A DNA stretch of 64,000 nt from Octopus vulgaris (taxonomy: Eukaryota), in contig OX597818.1 in the NCBI GenBank assembly GCA_951406725.2, forward strand, positions 49,042,001-49,106,000, read 5' to 3'. Position 1 is the stretch's first letter. Each line of letters begins with the position of its first letter. The position numbers were made by a program, and so were the translations under genes. The notes beneath the pieces are model-generated. The model searched no databases and was not told the DNA's origin. It worked only from the letters and a program-made list of their open reading frames with translations. This document shows positions 12,800 through 25,124 of this stretch, piece after piece.

Positions 12800-13778
12800 T
12801 AAGAAAATGATTATGTATAATGCTCAAGTGGACTACAACTCATCAAAGGTGTATGTACAGTACATAGAATTATGTTCAAAAGTCAGGGAAGTGAACAGTG
12901 TATGAGTCATGATATACATATGTGCATGCGTATGGAAGGGAAGATATCAGGTGTAGTGTTGGCGAATTTCAGGAAGCATGGAGATTTTAAAGGATGCAAT
13001 GTCTCAGCAACTAACAACTGATGCAGATAGTTTGTTCCATGTTTCAGCAACTCTGAATGTGAATAAATGTTTCCAAAAGTCATGCTGTTTTCTGACTTTG
13101 TAGGCATGCCCACGTGTGTGAGACACCTGAAGCTCAAAAAGGTGCTCAATGTAGTTGTTGACATGATGGTTAATAATTTTGTGGGTGTTTACCAAGTCAG
13201 TTGCCAGATGTCAAAGCTTCAATGTATCTATGCCCAGGGTAGCAAGGTGTTCAGAGTATGGTAGATGCTTGATGGAGGGTATTTGCTTGATTGTACATCT
13301 CTAAACAGTTTCCAGGAGGTCAATGTCCTGAACAAGATAGGGATTCCTGACTGGTGATGCAAATTCCAAGTATGGCCGCACCATAGCCATATACAGCCTT
13401 AAATAGATAGCTGGAGAGTGGCTGACAAAGGTTTTGCTGAGTGATGCCAAGACACCCTCAGCCTTCTTGACAATTTTAGAGATGTGCTTTGTCCAGTGTA
13501 AACCGCTTGATATTAATGTTGTGGAGAGAATATGTGGATGCCGGGTTTTTCCTTCCAAAATGCATAGTGGTACACTTGTTCACAGCCGGCTTGAGTTGCC
13601 AGTCGGTGATCTGTTGTTGCATTGTGTCCAGTTCCAGTTGCAGGAAAAATCTATAGTGTTCAGGATCTCTCCTTTTTATCTTGAGGTACAGCTTGATGTC
13701 ATCTGCATATTTCAGCACTGTGGCATTCTTTAAATTGGAATCTATGTCATTAATGTATGCAACAAACAAAAGGGGACC
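12800..13778 (-). pseudogene. CR1-group LINE 3' fragment (RT domain)
   Basis: LFVAYINDI...KYADDIKL, MVRPYLEFASPV.NPY, TRGHAYK...FTFRVAETWNKL; (ATT)n tail. Confidence 0.88.
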
Positions 13779-13989
13779 ACATGCAAAAGAGGTTGGGATA
13801 AGATAAATAAGAATTTAGTTTCCGAGTTTGTTGTGACTGAGAAAAGCCAGATCATTTGAGTAGATTTAATATTTTTATAATGAAATAGGGTCTACAACAC
13901 TTAAAAAAAGGCAATACTATAAATACATGAAACATAACTTTTCAAACCTCATTGCCTCTGAATGTATTTAACAAACTATATATGTAACT

Positions 13990-14190
13990 ATGGAGATGTA
14001 CTCGCATAGCAAGTGATTTGATCTGAGATCGTGTGCTGAAACGAAAACAATTGCAGCGTGGAAGGTGTTTGTAAGCCATTTAAGAAACACACAAAAGCCA
14101 TTCGATTCACTTCAACATTTAAGTTTAATTTGTCAAAATATTTTCGTCGCTAAAATCCGCAACCTGTTCACTGACAAAAATCCGTGCTGT
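13990..14190 (-). mobile_element. Short element between TA runs carrying a variant hammerhead
   Basis: CpG-containing ~200-bp unit bounded by TA-rich flanks; contains the motif at 14129-14178. Confidence 0.5.
14129..14178 (-). ncRNA. Hammerhead-like ribozyme with swapped G3-C8 core
   Basis: Reverse complement reads tttgtca-GTGAACA-g-gttgc(ggatttta)gcgac-GAAA-atat-T-T-tgacaaa: 7-bp stem I, 5-bp stem II, palindromic stem III AATATT. Confidence 0.65.
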
Positions 14191-14297
14191 ATATATGTTA
14201 CAATCAGACAAAAGTATGAAGAGTTAGGAAACTGAAATATGATTGCAACTGACTGATGATTCTGTTGGTTTAGAAGAAGTGGTGTGTTATGCTGGTT

Positions 14298-14640
14298 ATT
14301 ACCTACACCTTAGCGAAGGCAGAGGTATTGTTTTCAGTCATATTTGCTTGTCCATAGGCAAGATATCTCAAGAACCGTTGAATGGATTCAGATGAAACTT
14401 TCAGGGATGTTTGACCACATGAGTGGCATGAACTGATTAGATTTTGGGATTGATCTGGGACCAGACAAGGATTCTGGATTATTTTTCCGTTTTTTTTTCT
14501 TAATTGTTGAGAGTGGTCAGGTTCATTTTTAGTATTCTTGTTTGTGAGAGCAGTCAAGTTTATTTCAGATATTCTGATTTTAAAATCATCTCTGGCTAAT
14601 CATTGAAAGGATAGGTTATGTCTCTTTGAGTGCTCTTGTT
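14298..14640 (+). mobile_element. Helentron/DINE-1-like non-autonomous element; second copy at 52333-52703
   Basis: ttacct(c)..ccttagc head, gtttgt repeats, caagatatctcaagaac..ggatt..gatgaaactt core, ends in ctgagtgctcttgttt; two copies in the window. Confidence 0.6.
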
Positions 14641-15044
14641 TTAATATGCTTTCTTCCTATTTTACTCTCTTCACAGTAGGAATATCAATTAAGTTTATAA
14701 AGAGGACACTCCCTTGAGCAGGTCTATAAAGCATAGTGGGTGTGCTAGGTATGCACTGCACACCCACTGAAAATGGCCAATTCATTATAAATATTAACCT
14801 TACTCATTAACTTAATCACAAATCTTAATGGAAATCTTTTGTCATATCGCTGCTTGAAATTTGGTGGCACTGGGTGTGCTGCCACACCTAATACAGCAAC
14901 CACCATACACCAATTTTATCTTGTAGTTTGCAAGAATTCACAGGCACGCTTCATTAATCAAGCAGAACATTTTGATTGATGTAGAATGACTCATATTCTG
15001 AAGTTTAACCAAGGAAATCCGACATAAACTAATGCAAAAATTAC

Positions 15045-15219
15045 CTGAAGATGTATACATGTTGAATTAATGGGCTCCCATAGGGGTTATGGATATTATA
15101 AATAATATTTAATAATATCTTATGGATATGCTGAGGTGTCTCATAAAAATACATGTCATGCTGAAACATATGTAGCAATGTATTAATAAAAATATAAAAT
15201 CTCCATCTCTGAAGTATTT
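15045..15219 (-). CDS. Candidate internal exon of an unidentified host gene
   Basis: Open frame ILQRWRFYIFINTLLHMFQHDMYFYETPQHIHKILLNIIYNIHNPYGSPLIQHVYIF ending CAG|gtaat; possible acceptors at 15219 (aacaag) or 15160 (tgtttcag). Confidence 0.35.
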
Positions 15220-15500
15220 CTTGTTATTAATGTGTATAAATATATAGCATGAACAGGATAAACTATCCATATTTTGCAGAAAAATCTGTTGGCGGCCAGT
15301 CATGTGACTTGAACTCACATCCCTGTGATTACGCGTCAAGTGCTTTACCATTAAGCTAATTACTTCCTTATCTGTACCTTTCAATACATCTCAACTTCTT
15401 CCTTTTTATACCTTTTAGAAGGTGCACCTGGCAAAGTATGATGCTTAAGCTGCATGCCTTGAGTCTTATTGACACCATTACCTCTCATAACCTCTATATT

Positions 15501-15559
<59 letters not shown>

Positions 15560-16590
15560 TTGTATATGTTTAATTTCGGGGAAACTTTATTATATTAACA
15601 AATTATCCATGTTTCAGAAAGTTACCACACACACACATACACACAAATATATATACATAGGAGTGGGCTGTGTGGTAAGTAGCTTGCTAACCAACCACAT
15701 GGTTATGGGTTCAGTCCCACTGCGTGGCATCTTGAGCAAGTGTCTTCTGCTATAGCCCCAAGTCGACCAATGCCTTGTGAGTGGATTTGGTAGACGGAAA
15801 CTGAAAGAAGCCTGTCGTATATATGTATATATATATATATGTGTGTGTTTGTGTGTGTGTGTGTTTGTCCCCCTAGCATTGCTTGACAACCGATGCTGCT
15901 GTGTTTACGTCCCCGTCACTTAGCGGTTCGGCAAAAGAGACCGATAGAATAAGTACTGGGCTTACCAAGAATAAGTCCTGGGGTCGATTTGCTCGACTAA
16001 AGGCGGTGCTCCAGCATGGCCGCAGTCAAATGACTGAAACAAGTAACAGAGTATATATACACAAACACACACATATAAATATATATACATAATATGTGTA
16101 TGTATATATATGCATATCACCATCATCATTATTTAATGTCCACATCATCAGTTAACGTCCGCATTGGTTGGATGGTTTGACTGGGGCCAACAAGCCAGGG
16201 GTTACATCTGGCACCCGTCTGGTTTGGCATGTTTTTTGTTGCTGGATGCCCTTCCTAACACCACTACTTTACAGCACTAAGTGCTTTTACATGGCACCAC
16301 ATGGTAGCATAGTTTCAATGGCTGGATTTTTATATTTTTATGATTCTATAGACCTTAGTGTAAGTTCACTGGGAATCTGGGGCCCATCAAAATTGTTCCC
16401 AATTGGTCCTCACACCTCCTAAGGCCAGCGCTATATATATATATATGGTGTAGGTATCAGTTAGAGGAGTTTAAAACCTCTAAGGGATAATTAAATCGAA
16501 AGGTGCTCCTGGAGATTACTTGAGTAGGTACCGTCCTTTGTAAAGTTGTATGGTAGCAGATAGTTTGGTGGGTAAACCGTAGTTTAGATT

Positions 16591-16789
16591 ATATATGAGA
16601 AGAAAATGGATGTATATAACAAGGAGAAATTTGTCGTTTTCGCTGGTATGTCTATAATTTAATTAATTAACCTTCTTCTTTGTAAATTGAAATGATCGTA
16701 AATGCTACCTTCTTCTTTGTTAATTAATTAAATTAAAGACATACCAGCGAAAAAGATTAATTTCTCCTTGTTATTTACATCCATTTTCT

Positions 16790-16800
<11 letters not shown>
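16591..16800. repeat. Inverted repeat with ~80-bp arms
   Basis: atatatgagaagaaaatggatgta...ttaattaatta mirrored at 16721-16800. Confidence 0.85.
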
Positions 16801-16827
<27 letters not shown>

Positions 16828-17509
16828 CATCGTTGCCTGTGTTGCTGGACTGGCTCCTGTTTAGGTGGCACGTAAAAAACACCATTTGAGCGTGGCCATT
16901 GCCTGTACCACCTGACTGGCCATCGTGCCGGTGGCACATAAAAGCACCCACTGCACTCTCGGAGTGGTTGGCGTTAGGAAGGGCAACCAGCTGTAGAAAC
17001 TCTGCCAGATCAAGATTGGAGCCTGGTGCAGCCATCTGGTTCACCAGTCCTCAGTCAAATCATCCAACCCATGCTAGCATGGAAAGCAGACGTTAGATGA
17101 TGATGATGATATATATATATATATATCTTTGTGTGTGTCTGTGGGGAGTGTTTCCGTGTCTGTGTTTGTCTATCACCACTGCTGGATAATTGATGCTGGT
17201 GTTTGCATCCCTGTAACTTAACGATTCAGCAAAAGCTGCTGATAGAATAAGTACCAGGCTTTTAAAAAATAAGTACTGGGGTCAATACATTCGATTAAAA
17301 ATTCTTCGAGGTGGTGCCCCAGCTTGGCCACAGTTTAATGACTGAAAGAAGTAAAAAGATAGAAGGGAACTTCCTTTTTTTGGACATCCTGATAGTTAAA
17401 GAAAATGAAACAGTTACAACAGATCTCTGCTGGAGTCATGGTTATGGAGGTATTTAGGTTAATAGAAATGAAAGGTGAAACTAAAATGTTACTTTAGAAA
17501 CTAAAATAC

Positions 17510-17586
17510 CCACAAAATTTGCTAAATCATGCCATAACTTAAGCAAAAGAAATCCCAATCTCTGTTTTAAGGAAAAATCCCACACA
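17510..17586 (-). CDS. Candidate internal exon of an unidentified host gene
   Basis: Strong acceptor tttttgttttcaccctcag; open frame VWDFSLKQRLGFLLLKLWHDLANFV; donor G|gtattt (or AAA|gtaaca at 17493); phase-compatible with the exon at 15045-15219. Confidence 0.35.
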
Positions 17587-18989
17587 CTGAGGGTGAAAAC
17601 AAAAATACAAATGCAAATGTTCCATTTGTAGTCACTTGTGTCCTTAGAAACCACATCTTCCATTCAGCTAAACTGTACCTTCTAATTTTACATTAGTCAT
17701 CAAATCATACAAAAATAACAAGTCACATATTATGAATAGCTGAATCAACCGCCCACTTTTGAAAGATTTTTAACATAGGTGAAATTCACATAAAAAAATA
17801 TTAATAAGAATGCAAGTAACATTTATAGATGTGGGACATGTAAAAATAATTGAACAGGATTTAAGAATGGGAAGGAAGTAAAAAAATAATGCAAACATGA
17901 ATTGCCAATTAAAAAATCTCATTTACTGCAATTCATGCTCTCAATGCAATGAGAAGTTTTCTTCCTTCCTTGTTTTCTTCCGACTAGTCCATCAGATGTA
18001 GTTACACATCGCTGGTCACAATGCGTTCGCATTGTTTTTAGTCTTCGAACGACGCCACCCCGCTGGCTAAGCGAGCAGGCCAGCAATGAGAAGTACATTG
18101 GCCAAACAGGATCAGAATTAATACAATATGTGAGAGTGCATTAACAATAAATTAATGATTTGTCTCTTAGAAATGTTCCATGTAGTGAATACCTAGATAT
18201 TTGTGTAAGTGAAAAATTCAAAGTATTTCTTTTTCTTTTTTTTTTTTTTCAAGATAGGCGCAGGAGTGGCTGTGTGGTAAGTAGCTTGCTAACCAACCAC
18301 ATGGTTCCGGGTTCAGTCCCACTGCGTGGCACCTTGGGCAAGTGTCTTCTGCTATAGCCCCGGGCCGACCAATGCCTTGTGAGTGGATTTGGTAGACGGA
18401 AACTGAAAGAAGCCTGTCGTATATATATCTATATATATATGTATGTGTGTGTGTTTGTGTGCTGGTGTGTTTACATCCCCGTCACTTAGCGGTTTGGCAA
18501 AAAGAGACCGATAGAATAAGTACTGGGCTTACAAAGAATAAGTCCCGGGGTTGATTTGCTCGACTAAAAAAAAGGCGGTGCTCCAGCATGGCCGCAGTCA
18601 AATGACTGAAACAAGTAAAAGAAAAAATAAAAAAAAATAAAAGAAAATGATCAATTATAAAAGGCAAAAGAAAGATACTGTATAAGAATTCTAAATCTGA
18701 AACTAAACTGGAAAAAGTCAACATGAATACTAAAAACAACTTCCTCTATATGGATTACTTTATCACACATAAATTTAACAATAAAAATGCTTACATACAC
18801 AATACAAAAACTTCCTTCCAGAAGGTTTGTGTAATTTCTTTTTCCTACAGTATTTTAAAATAGTTAATTTTTTAAAGAATATCTTGCTTCAAATTTTTGT
18901 GATTGCATCAAGTATTTGTTCAAAAACACCTGAATATACATACATAGATACAAAGATACATACATACATGCATAAACATGTAATATATA

Positions 18990-19034
<45 letters not shown>

Positions 19035-19036
19035 AT

Positions 19037-19084
<48 letters not shown>

Positions 19085-19086
<2 letters not shown>

Positions 19087-19998
19087 CCTTAAAAATGTAT
19101 CAGCCCGAAGGCTGCGGCCATGCTGGGGCACCACTACTGAATGAGCTACACTAATATGTGAATCCACCTCTGATACATGGCATTTGGTCAACAAGGGAGT
19201 TCGATGCCGCTGCCCGCATCTGTGTCTCCTGCCGTGAGGTAGGTTCATCTGGGACCCCCGACAAGAAGAGATCCAGTTTAGTTTTAAAGTAACCCTCATC
19301 CACACCATGCAAGTCTCTCAGGCATTTAGGGAGGATGTTAAAGAGCTGTGGTCCTCTGAAACTCAAGCTGTTGCAGTATCTGGTCCTGTATTTTGATGCT
19401 GATGTTGAAATCTTTGGCACCATGCAGTGGCGCCCTGTTCTGCGGTTGGGGTAACTTTGAATGCCAAAGTTTGGGACAAGACCCTCCAGGATTTTCCAGA
19501 TGTATATCACCGCATATCTCTCCTGCCTTCGCTCTAGGGAGAAGAGTTTTAATACTTTCAGTCTTTCCCAGTAGCTGATATGTTGCATTGAGATGATCTT
19601 CTTAGTGTAGCTTCTTTGAATTGCTTCGAGTTCTGCTGTTAGCTTTATATTGTGTGGTGACCATAGTTGGAAGCAGTAGTCCAAGCGGCTGAGGACGAAA
19701 GTTTTCCACAGGACCATCAGGGTCTCCTTCTCTCTTGTTCTGAAAGTTTGGAGAATCCATCCAGCTGGCCATCTGCATTTTATCACCAAATTAGTAATAT
19801 GCACTTGGAAAGATGTATCATTGCTCATGTCAATGCCCAGGTCACGCACTGATTTTGACTCATGGATTGCAATTCTTCCCGGGTCAGTGTATCCAGTCTG
19901 CATGTTGTTTACCTTTGTGTGCCGGTAGCGCAGGGCCTGGAAGTTACCTGCATTAAACTGCATGTTGTTGTCCTCAGCCCACCTGTATATTGTATCCA
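19085..19998 (-). pseudogene. CR1-group LINE (second family), 5'-truncated, ~280 codons still open
   Basis: [10 protein letters not shown]...RDLGI...[12 protein letters not shown]...LEAIQR...[16 protein letters not shown]; shorter copies at 41505-41878 and 50332-50646. Confidence 0.9.
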
Positions 19999-20004
19999 AC
20001 AAAA

Positions 20005-20212
<208 letters not shown>

Positions 20213-20379
20213 TTACAACTTTCTCTCACTCTTTCTTCTGTTGGCCTGCTTGCTTAGCCAGCAGGGTGGCGTCATTTGAAGGCTAAAACAATGCAAAGCG
20301 CATTGTGACTAGCGATGTGTAGCAACATCTGATAGCCTGGTCAGTCACGTGATATATATATATATATATATAGTGTTAT

Positions 20380-20720
20380 ATTTTGGGATGGTTATTTTTT
20401 TTCTAAATAACCACGTGCACTGTATACTCATTCTTCACTTCAGTTTTTTTATTATTATTATTCTTATTCCAGTGTCCTTTGTCTGAAATCTCTGTCCCAC
20501 ATGTCGCCTCCATTCAGGAGGCGCCATGTGGGATGGAGAGCTGTTAAAGAGGTAACAGAATGTGCGATGAAAGATTTCAGACAAAGGACACTAAAATAGG
20601 AATATTAATAAGAATAAGAATAAAAATAAAATAATAAGAATAAAAGAAGAAGAACAAGAACTACTACACAGCATGTGTATTTATTTGGCAAAAAAATAAA
20701 AAATAAAAAATAACCATTTG
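20380..20720. mobile_element. Fold-back MITE-like element
   Basis: agtgtcctttgtctgaaatct / agatttcagacaaaggacact arms plus a nested hairpin cccacatg.cgcctcc-attca-ggaggcg.catgtggg. Confidence 0.65.
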
Positions 20721-20844
20721 GCAAGCTTATGGTGATGAGGCAGTGGGTCCTCTGCAATGTTTTCAGTGGCACAATATCTCATCTAAATATAAAAGTATTT
20801 TAAAAATCAAAAAAATATTAACTAAATTATGGCTGGGAGATAAC

Positions 20845-20975
20845 AGTTTATTCCAGGTAGCTACTTTCTTCTTCTTCCATGGTCTCAAGATGGCTCCAAA
20901 ACTTGGCTCATGTGTTCTTCACTGAGTCTCTGAGAAGATCCATGAACACTTCCTTGATCTTGGCCACCAGCTGGC
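20845..20975 (-). pseudogene. Tc1/mariner transposase C-terminal fragment
   Basis: LVAKIKEVFMDL.RDSVKN..AKFWSHLETMEEEESSYLE* resembles the C-terminus of the element at 48436-49660. Confidence 0.55.
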
Positions 20976-20992
20976 TTTTGTACATACATATA

Positions 20993-21590
20993 CAGGGTGC
21001 GTAAGGTATTTGGGGATATATATTAATTTTACTATAGTAGCGTATTTATCAACTTAATATTTTCTGTATTTCAGAATTATCAATGGTAGACCCTATGATT
21101 ACACAAGAAATGAAGAGGCACGCAGTCATCATGGCTATAAAGGCTGAACATAGCAATTTAGAGATAGCATGATATTTAAAAGTTGCTAGATCCTTCGTCT
21201 ACAAAATTCGCAAAGCATTAGAGGCTAAAGACGGAAATGTATTGCCAGTATCAATACATAAGAAACATTGTAGATGCACTGATACTATTAGAACACCAGA
21301 ATCTATTCCACAAGTAAAGCAGACCATTAATGATAATCCCATGAGATCCATGAGGTTGATTGCAAAAGAACACCATGTGTCAAAAGGAAGAATCCGAAAT
21401 GTTGTCCACAAAGACATTATGCGATGAGAAAAGTCATTTCATGTCAGAAGCAGTGAAAGAAAATTGCTTGATCAGATCTAAAAGACTCCTGAACAAACTT
21501 AAAAACCCAGCAGAGAAAGATGTCATTTGGTTCTTCTCAGATGAGAAAAACTTTGATCAAGATCAGAAAGTAAGTATTGACATCTGAGTA
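20993..21590 (+). mobile_element. Tc1/mariner (maT-like) transposon 5' half, truncated at a Helitron
   Basis: TA-cagggtgcg left end, HTH region with stops, NPMRSMRLIAKE, WFFSDEKNFDQDQK. Confidence 0.8.
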
Positions 21591-21980
21591 TCTCTCTATA
21601 TATAAAGCTGAAGTTGTTTGTGTATGGCAGGTTTGGTAGCCTTCAACTAACACTATCTCCTCCGAGACCCTGTGGCACAAGTTGACCAAAATTGAGAGAA
21701 TGATAGAAGGCTTGCTCTTCCTTCCGTAGAAGAAAAAATTCAAATTGGACCATGTTAACACCAAAAATTATTTACATCAAAAAGGTCCTTTTTTTCTATG
21801 AAAATCCCTATTTTTTTACGATATTTTGACTGCTGTATTGCGATTTTTCGGTGTATTTCAACCAGAAAAATGTCCACTTAAAGAGAATAACAAGCTACAT
21901 AATGCAAAACTTTTACTTTTCAAAAATTCCAATTCTAAAGGGTTGAGACAAACCCGAGCAACGCTGGGTGATACTGCCAG
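21591..21980 (+). mobile_element. Non-autonomous Helitron-like element
   Basis: A|TCtctctatatataaa 5' end; 3' hairpin cccgagcaacgctggg followed by CCAG|T. Confidence 0.7.
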
Positions 21981-22329
21981 TATTATTATATAATGTGTAA
22001 TGTCATCATCATTTAATGTCCACCTTCCATGCTGGTATATGTTGGATGGTTTGACAGAAGCTGGCCAGGTAGTAGACTGCACCAGACATCTGTGTCTGTT
22101 TTGGCATGGTTTTTACAGCTGGGTACTCTTCTTAACACCAACCAACCAACCAACCAACAGAGTGGACTGTGTGCTTTTTTACGTGATACCAGTACAAGCA
22201 AGGTCAGTTGTGGCATGGCTTTACAGCTGGATGTCCTTTCAAATGCCAACCACTTCACACTGTGGATTGGATGGTGTTTATGTGGCACCAGCACTGGCAG
22301 GGTTACCAAGTAACTTGCAAAACAAGGAA

Positions 22330-22362
<33 letters not shown>

Positions 22363-22845
22363 CCTTGTTTGAACAATTATATGATAGTTGTGAAATGATT
22401 GTCACTCTCATACAAGCAGTGTCAGTCATTTCCAGTATTCTATAAGAACATGTTTGACCATGGGGAAAATAGTTCCTTGCTTAGAAACAGGCGAGGGTTG
22501 GCAACAGGAAAGGCATCAGGCTGTAGAATATCTGCCTCAATAAATTTCCTTTGATCCATGCAAGCATGGAAAAGTGAACTCTAAAATGATGATAATGACT
22601 TCTGTATGGACAGGCTGACAACTTAAATTGATTGGTATCTGGAAACTTCCAAGTTTATAGTAACTAGGACACATTTATGTGCAGGGTAGACCAATCTCAC
22701 TCACGATTCTTCTCTAGGCATGCCAGACTGGTGGAATGGAGGAAGGGAGAAAGAGAGGGACACAGCAATGGTGACACGCCTGCCATTGCTTCTGCCACCA
22801 CCACCACCACACAGCCACTCTTGCGTCAATATAAATAAATAGATA

Positions 22846-23080
<235 letters not shown>

Positions 23081-23333
23081 ATGTGTGTATAATACGAGTG
23101 TGTATGTGTGCCTGGTTTTGTGTGTACATGTGTATATGGGCCTACATACGTATCCATATGCATATTTTTATATGTCAGTGTATGTATATGTCTGCGTATG
23201 AAATAAAACTTCAAATGACCCATCCTTGTTTTTTTCTTTTTGTATCATCTGTCTGGATGTTTTGTTGTCCCTTTTTCGTGTCATCTAATTGCCTGGATGT
23301 TTTGCATTCTTGTCCCATTTTTGATATTCTTTT

Positions 23334-23372
<39 letters not shown>

Positions 23373-23461
23373 CACACACACATACACGTATGTATGTAAG
23401 TGTATGTAAATGTATGTGTGTGTGTGTGTGTATCCACAAACACCTAATACTTGTCTGTCGT

Positions 23462-23842
23462 GGAGGCGCAATGGCCCAGTGGTTAGGGCAGCGGACTCGC
23501 GGTCATAGGATCGCGGTTTCGATTCCCAGACCGGGCGTTGTGAGTGTTTATTGAGCGAAAACACCTGAAGCTTCACGAGGCTCCGGCAGGGGATGGTGGT
23601 GATCCCTGCTGTACTCTTTCACCACAACTTTCTCTCACTCTTACTTCCTATTTCTGTTGTACGTGTATTTCAAAGGGGCCGGCCTTGTCACTCTCTGTGT
23701 CACGCTGAATATCCCCGAGAACTACGTTAAGGGTACACGTGTCTGTGGAGTGCTCAGCCACTTACACGTTAATTTCACGAGCAGGCTGTTCCGTTGATTC
23801 GGATCAACTGGAACCCTCGTCGTCGCAACCGACGGAGTGCTT
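23462..23842 (+). mobile_element. CpG-rich (young) tRNA-derived SINE, family C
   Basis: ggcgcaatggcccagtggttagggcagcggactcgcggtc...ggtttcgattcccagacc tRNA-like head. Confidence 0.85.
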
Positions 23843-24087
23843 CCAATACTTGTCTAAGTATAAATTTCCCTTTCATCTTTTACTTTCTTTTTCCTCTAAG
23901 CAGTTACAACACAGCGAAAGCTGATTACGTCATCTTATCTAAACTGGAACGAATGTTTTCCACGTTTATATTTGAATTTTTTGTGTTTCTACAACATTTT
24001 TTTATTTTTATAGATTCCTGATCTAGTTGGGCATATAACAACCAGCCAGCCGACACAAAAAATATCTAGTGAGACTTCTTTATCAAT

Positions 24088-24132
24088 GTACCTGGAGAGA
24101 CCCAGACTGAAGGGTCAAAACGTATGTTGTAC
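24088..24132 (+). ncRNA. Degenerate minimal hammerhead ribozyme
   Basis: gtac-CTGgAGA-gaccc(agactgaa)gggtc-aAAA-cgtatg-T-T-gtac; stems intact, two core substitutions. Confidence 0.6.
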
Positions 24133-25124
24133 CTAATAAATGTCTAATACGAAATCCGTCTCCTACTATCAATTACTACTATATATATGTGTGTGTGTAT
24201 GGACATTTACAATCTGATAAAAAGTAAATCTCCCACCCGTAATCTCCCCATCATTTTGTATGTGAGGAATGACATTGTCCAGTATATCATACTAGTTTTT
24301 AAAGCAAAAAAATCTGTAATTTGAGAGAAATTTGGCTGTTATTTCCAGCATTTTGAGTGACTACACAGTGGCTCTGTTTTTGGTGATGTGATGACATTGT
24401 TCCTCCACAACCATCTGTAACAGTGGAGGTAAAGGTTGCTTGTATTATTGGCTATTGTATATTGGTTCTTGTATTGTTGGTTATTAAGCGAAATGCTTAG
24501 TTCTCTTTCAGCTGTCTTTACATTCTGAGTTCAAATTTCTCTGCGGTTGATTTTGCCTTTCATCCTTTTGGAGTTGATAAAATTAGTGGGGGTGCTGCTT
24601 GAGAAAATTTTTAGCCATTTTTAGGCACAGGAATGGCTGTGTGGTAAGTAGCTTGCTTACCAACCACATGGTTCTGGGTTCATTCCCACTGCGTGGCACC
24701 TTGGGCAAGTGTCTTCCATTATAGCCTCGAGCCGACCAAAGCCTTGTGAGTGGATTTGGTAGACAGAAACTGAAAGAAGCCCGTTGTATATATGTATATA
24801 TATATATATATATATATAAGGTGGTGCTCCAGCATGGCCACAGTCAAATGACTGAAACAAGTAAAAGAGTAAAAGAGTTGTTTAATATTGTGTAAAAAGA
24901 AACAAATATATAAAAAGAAATTTTATACATAAACATCACTGGTTTGCATTTTAGCCACTGCCGGGTACTGTGTTTAATTTTTTCACTAAACACCGCCGCC
25001 AATTACCCCTTGTTTTTCAAAAATACCTGCTAAATCACAAAATGAGAGAGGCGGAGAATCTGCCCTACTTTTCAAATCCTGGCAGCAACACTGAAGTTGG
25101 AAGCAGGATAATAATCTAATCCTA

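Noticed and set aside
18790-18929. Possible terminal exon [13 protein letters not shown], or selenocysteine read-through
   Set aside because: The acceptor comes from microsatellite-like sequence; no SECIS or homology recognised
23462-23535. tRNA gene
   Set aside because: tRNA-like head continues into a SINE body; acceptor stem not intact
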